Shown: positions 36,001 through 38,844 of the stretch, piece by piece | Layout of the letters: the number at the start of each line of letters is the position of its first letter | Position numbering within the stretch: position 1 is the stretch's first letter | From: an uncultured Candidatus Saccharibacteria bacterium | Lineage (GTDB): Bacteria; Patescibacteriota; Saccharimonadia; Saccharimonadales; CAYVSP01 | DNA length: 38,844 nucleotides | Direction of reading: 5' to 3' | Assembly (NCBI GenBank): GCA_964584265.1 | Contig: CAZOZI010000007.1 | Location: 1 to 38,844, forward strand | Notes under the pieces: generated by a model | What the model was told of the DNA's origin: nothing | Seen by the model: only the letters and a program-made list of their open reading frames with translations | Databases searched by the model: none | Made by a program: the position numbers and the translations under genes

Positions 36001-38556
36001 ATGAAATTGCCAAAAACTTATAAACCATCAGAGCATGAAGACATTATCTATAAGCTCTGGGAAGAGAAGGGTGCTTTTAAACCAGTCAGCAAGGGTAGTA
36101 AAGACTACTTCAGCCTGGTGATGCCACCACCCAATGCCAATGCAAACATTCATATCGGCACGGCAATTACTTTGGATCTTGAGGATATAGCTGTTCGGTA
36201 TAACAGATTGAGGGGCAAAGCCACCCTTTTTCTGCCCGGGGCTGACCATGCCGGTTTTGAGACCCAAGCCGTTTATGAGAAGCTGTTGGCCAAGGAAGGG
36301 AAGAGCCGTTTCGATTTCACCCGAGAAGAGCTTTATAAAAAGATATGGAGATTTGTTGAAGAGAATAAAAAGAATTATGAAACACAGTTTCGTAAACTTG
36401 GTGCCAGCGCAGATTGGAGCAGATACACCTTTACACTAGATAAAAAAATTGTTGATAGAGCCTACGCCACCTTTAAAAAGATGTGGAATGAGGGCTTGAT
36501 TTACAGAGGTGAGAGGCTGATTAATTTCTGCACCTTCCACGGCACCGGCTTTGCTGATATTGAAGTGACCTATCGTGAAGTTAAAGGACATTTGTGGCAC
36601 ATCCGCTACCCTTTGACCGATGGCAGTGGGGAAGTGGTCGTGGCCACAACAAGACCCGAAACCATGTTAGGCGACACCGCTGTGGCTGTCCATCCCGAAG
36701 ATGAACGATATAAAAAATTTGTAGGTAAAACCATCAAACTACCCCTGACAAACCGGGAAATTCCAATTATCGCTGATGGTTTCGTTGACCGTGAATTCGG
36801 CACCGGCGCAGTTAAGATTACGCCGGCCCATGATCCAAACGACTATGATGCCGCACAGCGCCATGACTTGCCAATGATCTCAGTTATAGATCACGAAGGC
36901 AGGATGACGCACGAAGCAGGTGAAGCTTACCGTGGATTAAGTGTTGAGGAAGCACGGCAAAAAGTTGTGGCAGACCTGGAAAAACAAGGCTTTCTCGCTA
37001 AAACCGAAGATATCACCCACAGCGTGGGACACTGTTACAAATGCGGCAATGTCATCCAGCCGTTACTTCGTGAACAGTGGTTTGTTGACATGCAACCACT
37101 CGCTAAAGAGGCCATAAAACACCTTAAGAATGGCGAAATTAGCTTTTATCCTGCTGCAAAGCGAGATCAGTTAATACATTATCTGGAGGGACTTAAAGAC
37201 TGGAACATCAGCCGTCAAATTGCGTGGGGCATTCCGATTCCGGCGTTTCAAAATGTTGACGAGCCTGACGACTGGATCTATGACGACCGTGTTGACCGAG
37301 AAACCATTGAAGTCAGAGGCAAGACTTACCGGCGCGATTCGGACGTATTCGATACCTGGTTTTCCAGCAGCTCGTGGCCATATGCCACGCTGGACTATCC
37401 GGACAATCCGGATTTCAAACATTTCTATCCGTTGAGCCTAATGGAAACCGGCGGCGAAATTCTCTACCCGTGGGTATCGCGCATGGTTATGCTAGGCCTC
37501 TATGTGACCAAGCAAGTGCCATTCAAGGACGTCTATATTCATGGCTATGTAATGGCCGAGGACGGCTCCAAAATGAGCAAGTCACTGGGCAACGTGATTG
37601 ATCCTTTGCCGGTAATAGAAAAGTTTGGTTCGGACGCAATGCGTCTGGGATTAATTGCCGGGCGCGTGCCGGCCGTCAATCGTGGCTATGACCAAGCTAA
37701 GATTGAAGGCGGCCGCAATTTTTGCAATAAACTTTGGAATGTGGCCCGTTTTGTCCAAGATAAAATTGGAGATAATCAGTCAGCTGAAAAGCCTTCTCCA
37801 ATGACTATAGCCGATCATTGGATATTGACTAAATTACAACAATCAACAGAGAAGATTAGCTCAGATTTAGATAAATATCGTTTCGCTGAAGCTTACGATA
37901 CGCTTTACCATTTGCTATGGGATGAGTTTGCTGATTGGTACATTGAAGCCTCAAAGGTGGAAGTGAATAGGGAAGTGCTGAGTCATGGACTTGAGACCAT
38001 TCTCAAGGTGGCTCACCCGTTTGCCCCGTTCGTTACAGAAGCCATTTGGCAGCAGCTTGGCAAAGACGGTTTACTGATAACTAGCACTTGGCCGGAAACC
38101 GAGCAGGGAAATGCCAGCCAAACTACTCAGTTTGAAGAAATCCGCACTATTGTTACAGAAGTCCGGACTATCAAAAGCCTGATCAAAGCTACCGGACTTA
38201 CTTTGCAGTACGCCAATAATGAGTTTATGAATGAGCATGCTAATTTGGTTAAACAGTTGACGCGTCTGAAGAGCGTGTCAGTCGGTAGAGGTATTGGGTT
38301 GAAGCTTTCACAAACCAAGCACGACTGCTGGCTTGATGTCGATCTTAAAACCATTCATAACTACCTAAAAGAGCTTGAGAATCAGCAAGCCGAGCAAGAG
38401 AAGCTCATCAAACAACTTAGGGATCGACTGGGCAACAAAGCCTACGCTGACAAAGCTCCAAGAAATTTAGTTGAAGCAAGTAAGCAACAGCTCGCTGAGG
38501 CCGAACAACAACTGGAAAAGCTTGCAATAATTTATAATAAAATACATGAAAACTAA
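36001..38556 (+). CDS. valS: valine--tRNA ligase
   Basis: MPPPNAN..HIGT, PGADHAG, ATTRPET, GTGAVKITPAHD, DWNISRQ, KMSKS, C-terminal coiled coil. Confidence 0.98.
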   Translation: MKLPKTYKPSEHEDIIYKLWEEKGAFKPVSKGSKDYFSLVMPPPNANANIHIGTAITLDLEDIAVRYNRLRGKATLFLPGADHAGFETQAVYEKLLAKEGKSRFDFTREELYKKIWRFVEENKKNYETQFRKLGASADWSRYTFTLDKKIVDRAYATFKKMWNEGLIYRGERLINFCTFHGTGFADIEVTYREVKGHLWHIRYPLTDGSGEVVVATTRPETMLGDTAVAVHPEDERYKKFVGKTIKLPLTNREIPIIADGFVDREFGTGAVKITPAHDPNDYDAAQRHDLPMISVIDHEGRMTHEAGEAYRGLSVEEARQKVVADLEKQGFLAKTEDITHSVGHCYKCGNVIQPLLREQWFVDMQPLAKEAIKHLKNGEISFYPAAKRDQLIHYLEGLKDWNISRQIAWGIPIPAFQNVDEPDDWIYDDRVDRETIEVRGKTYRRDSDVFDTWFSSSSWPYATLDYPDNPDFKHFYPLSLMETGGEILYPWVSRMVMLGLYVTKQVPFKDVYIHGYVMAEDGSKMSKSLGNVIDPLPVIEKFGSDAMRLGLIAGRVPAVNRGYDQAKIEGGRNFCNKLWNVARFVQDKIGDNQSAEKPSPMTIADHWILTKLQQSTEKISSDLDKYRFAEAYDTLYHLLWDEFADWYIEASKVEVNREVLSHGLETILKVAHPFAPFVTEAIWQQLGKDGLLITSTWPETEQGNASQTTQFEEIRTIVTEVRTIKSLIKATGLTLQYANNEFMNEHANLVKQLTRLKSVSVGRGIGLKLSQTKHDCWLDVDLKTIHNYLKELENQQAEQEKLIKQLRDRLGNKAYADKAPRNLVEASKQQLAEAEQQLEKLAIIYNKIHEN

Positions 38557-38791
38557 GACTGTAGCCCTAATTGTTGTTGTAGTGCTGTTGTTGTTTGGCG
38601 TTGCGATTGGCATCATGGTGGCTAATCGGCATGGTTCCAGTCCTGCGCCTAATCTTGGTGGGAATCATCCAGAGAGTAAACCAGTAACTAATCCACCAAG
38701 TGGCGGTGATTTATATTACGACCAGAACGGCTGTCTACAATCTCGCTCGGGTAAAATACATCCTGAGTATTGTCTTCCCAAAACTCAGTAG
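38546..38791 (+). CDS. small membrane-anchored or secreted hypothetical protein
   Basis: N-terminal hydrophobic helix, Pro-rich linker, two Cys. Overlaps the valS stop. Confidence 0.55.
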   Translation: MKTKTVALIVVVVLLLFGVAIGIMVANRHGSSPAPNLGGNHPESKPVTNPPSGGDLYYDQNGCLQSRSGKIHPEYCLPKTQ

Positions 38792-38844
38792 TCTACCTCC
38801 CCAAACTCCCCTCTACAATGGTGTTCTGGTTAGCAGTGATGGTT

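Noticed and set aside
36139-36162. ValRS HIGH motif reads HIGT
   Set aside because: Variation at the last HIGH position occurs in class I synthetases, and the rest of the enzyme is intact; not evidence of a pseudogene.

Overview
Gene-dense 38.8 kb bacterial chromosomal segment. Gene content and protein styles point to Patescibacteria/CPR, most likely Saccharibacteria (TM7); this assignment is inferred, not tested. The housekeeping backbone is rpoD (partial), dnaG, orn, msrB, mscL, glutamate dehydrogenase, argS, PGI/PMI, groEL/groES with a CIRCE operator, murE, tsaD and valS. Many orphan genes are interspersed. No rRNA, tRNA, CRISPR array or transposase is seen. Most notable: (1) a 1303-aa multi-domain membrane protein ending in a GT2 glycosyltransferase domain, paired with a small helical gene; (2) dispersed effector-like orphans (kinase-like, HopA1-like) mostly behind TTG(A/C)(C/A)AAAA-17-TAnnnT promoters, plus a nucleotidyltransferase orphan, whereas many housekeeping genes look leaderless; (3) four diverged copies of a structured intergenic element sharing an ERIC/RPE-like apical motif, one inside a ~300-nt promoter-bearing candidate ncRNA, plus a separate ~460-nt multi-hairpin element; (4) a poreless voltage-sensor domain fused to a possible bestrophin-like domain, coupled to an asparaginase with an HGTNT motif; (5) a CDP-alcohol phosphatidyltransferase / PHP / CDP-archaeol-synthase-like lipid operon.
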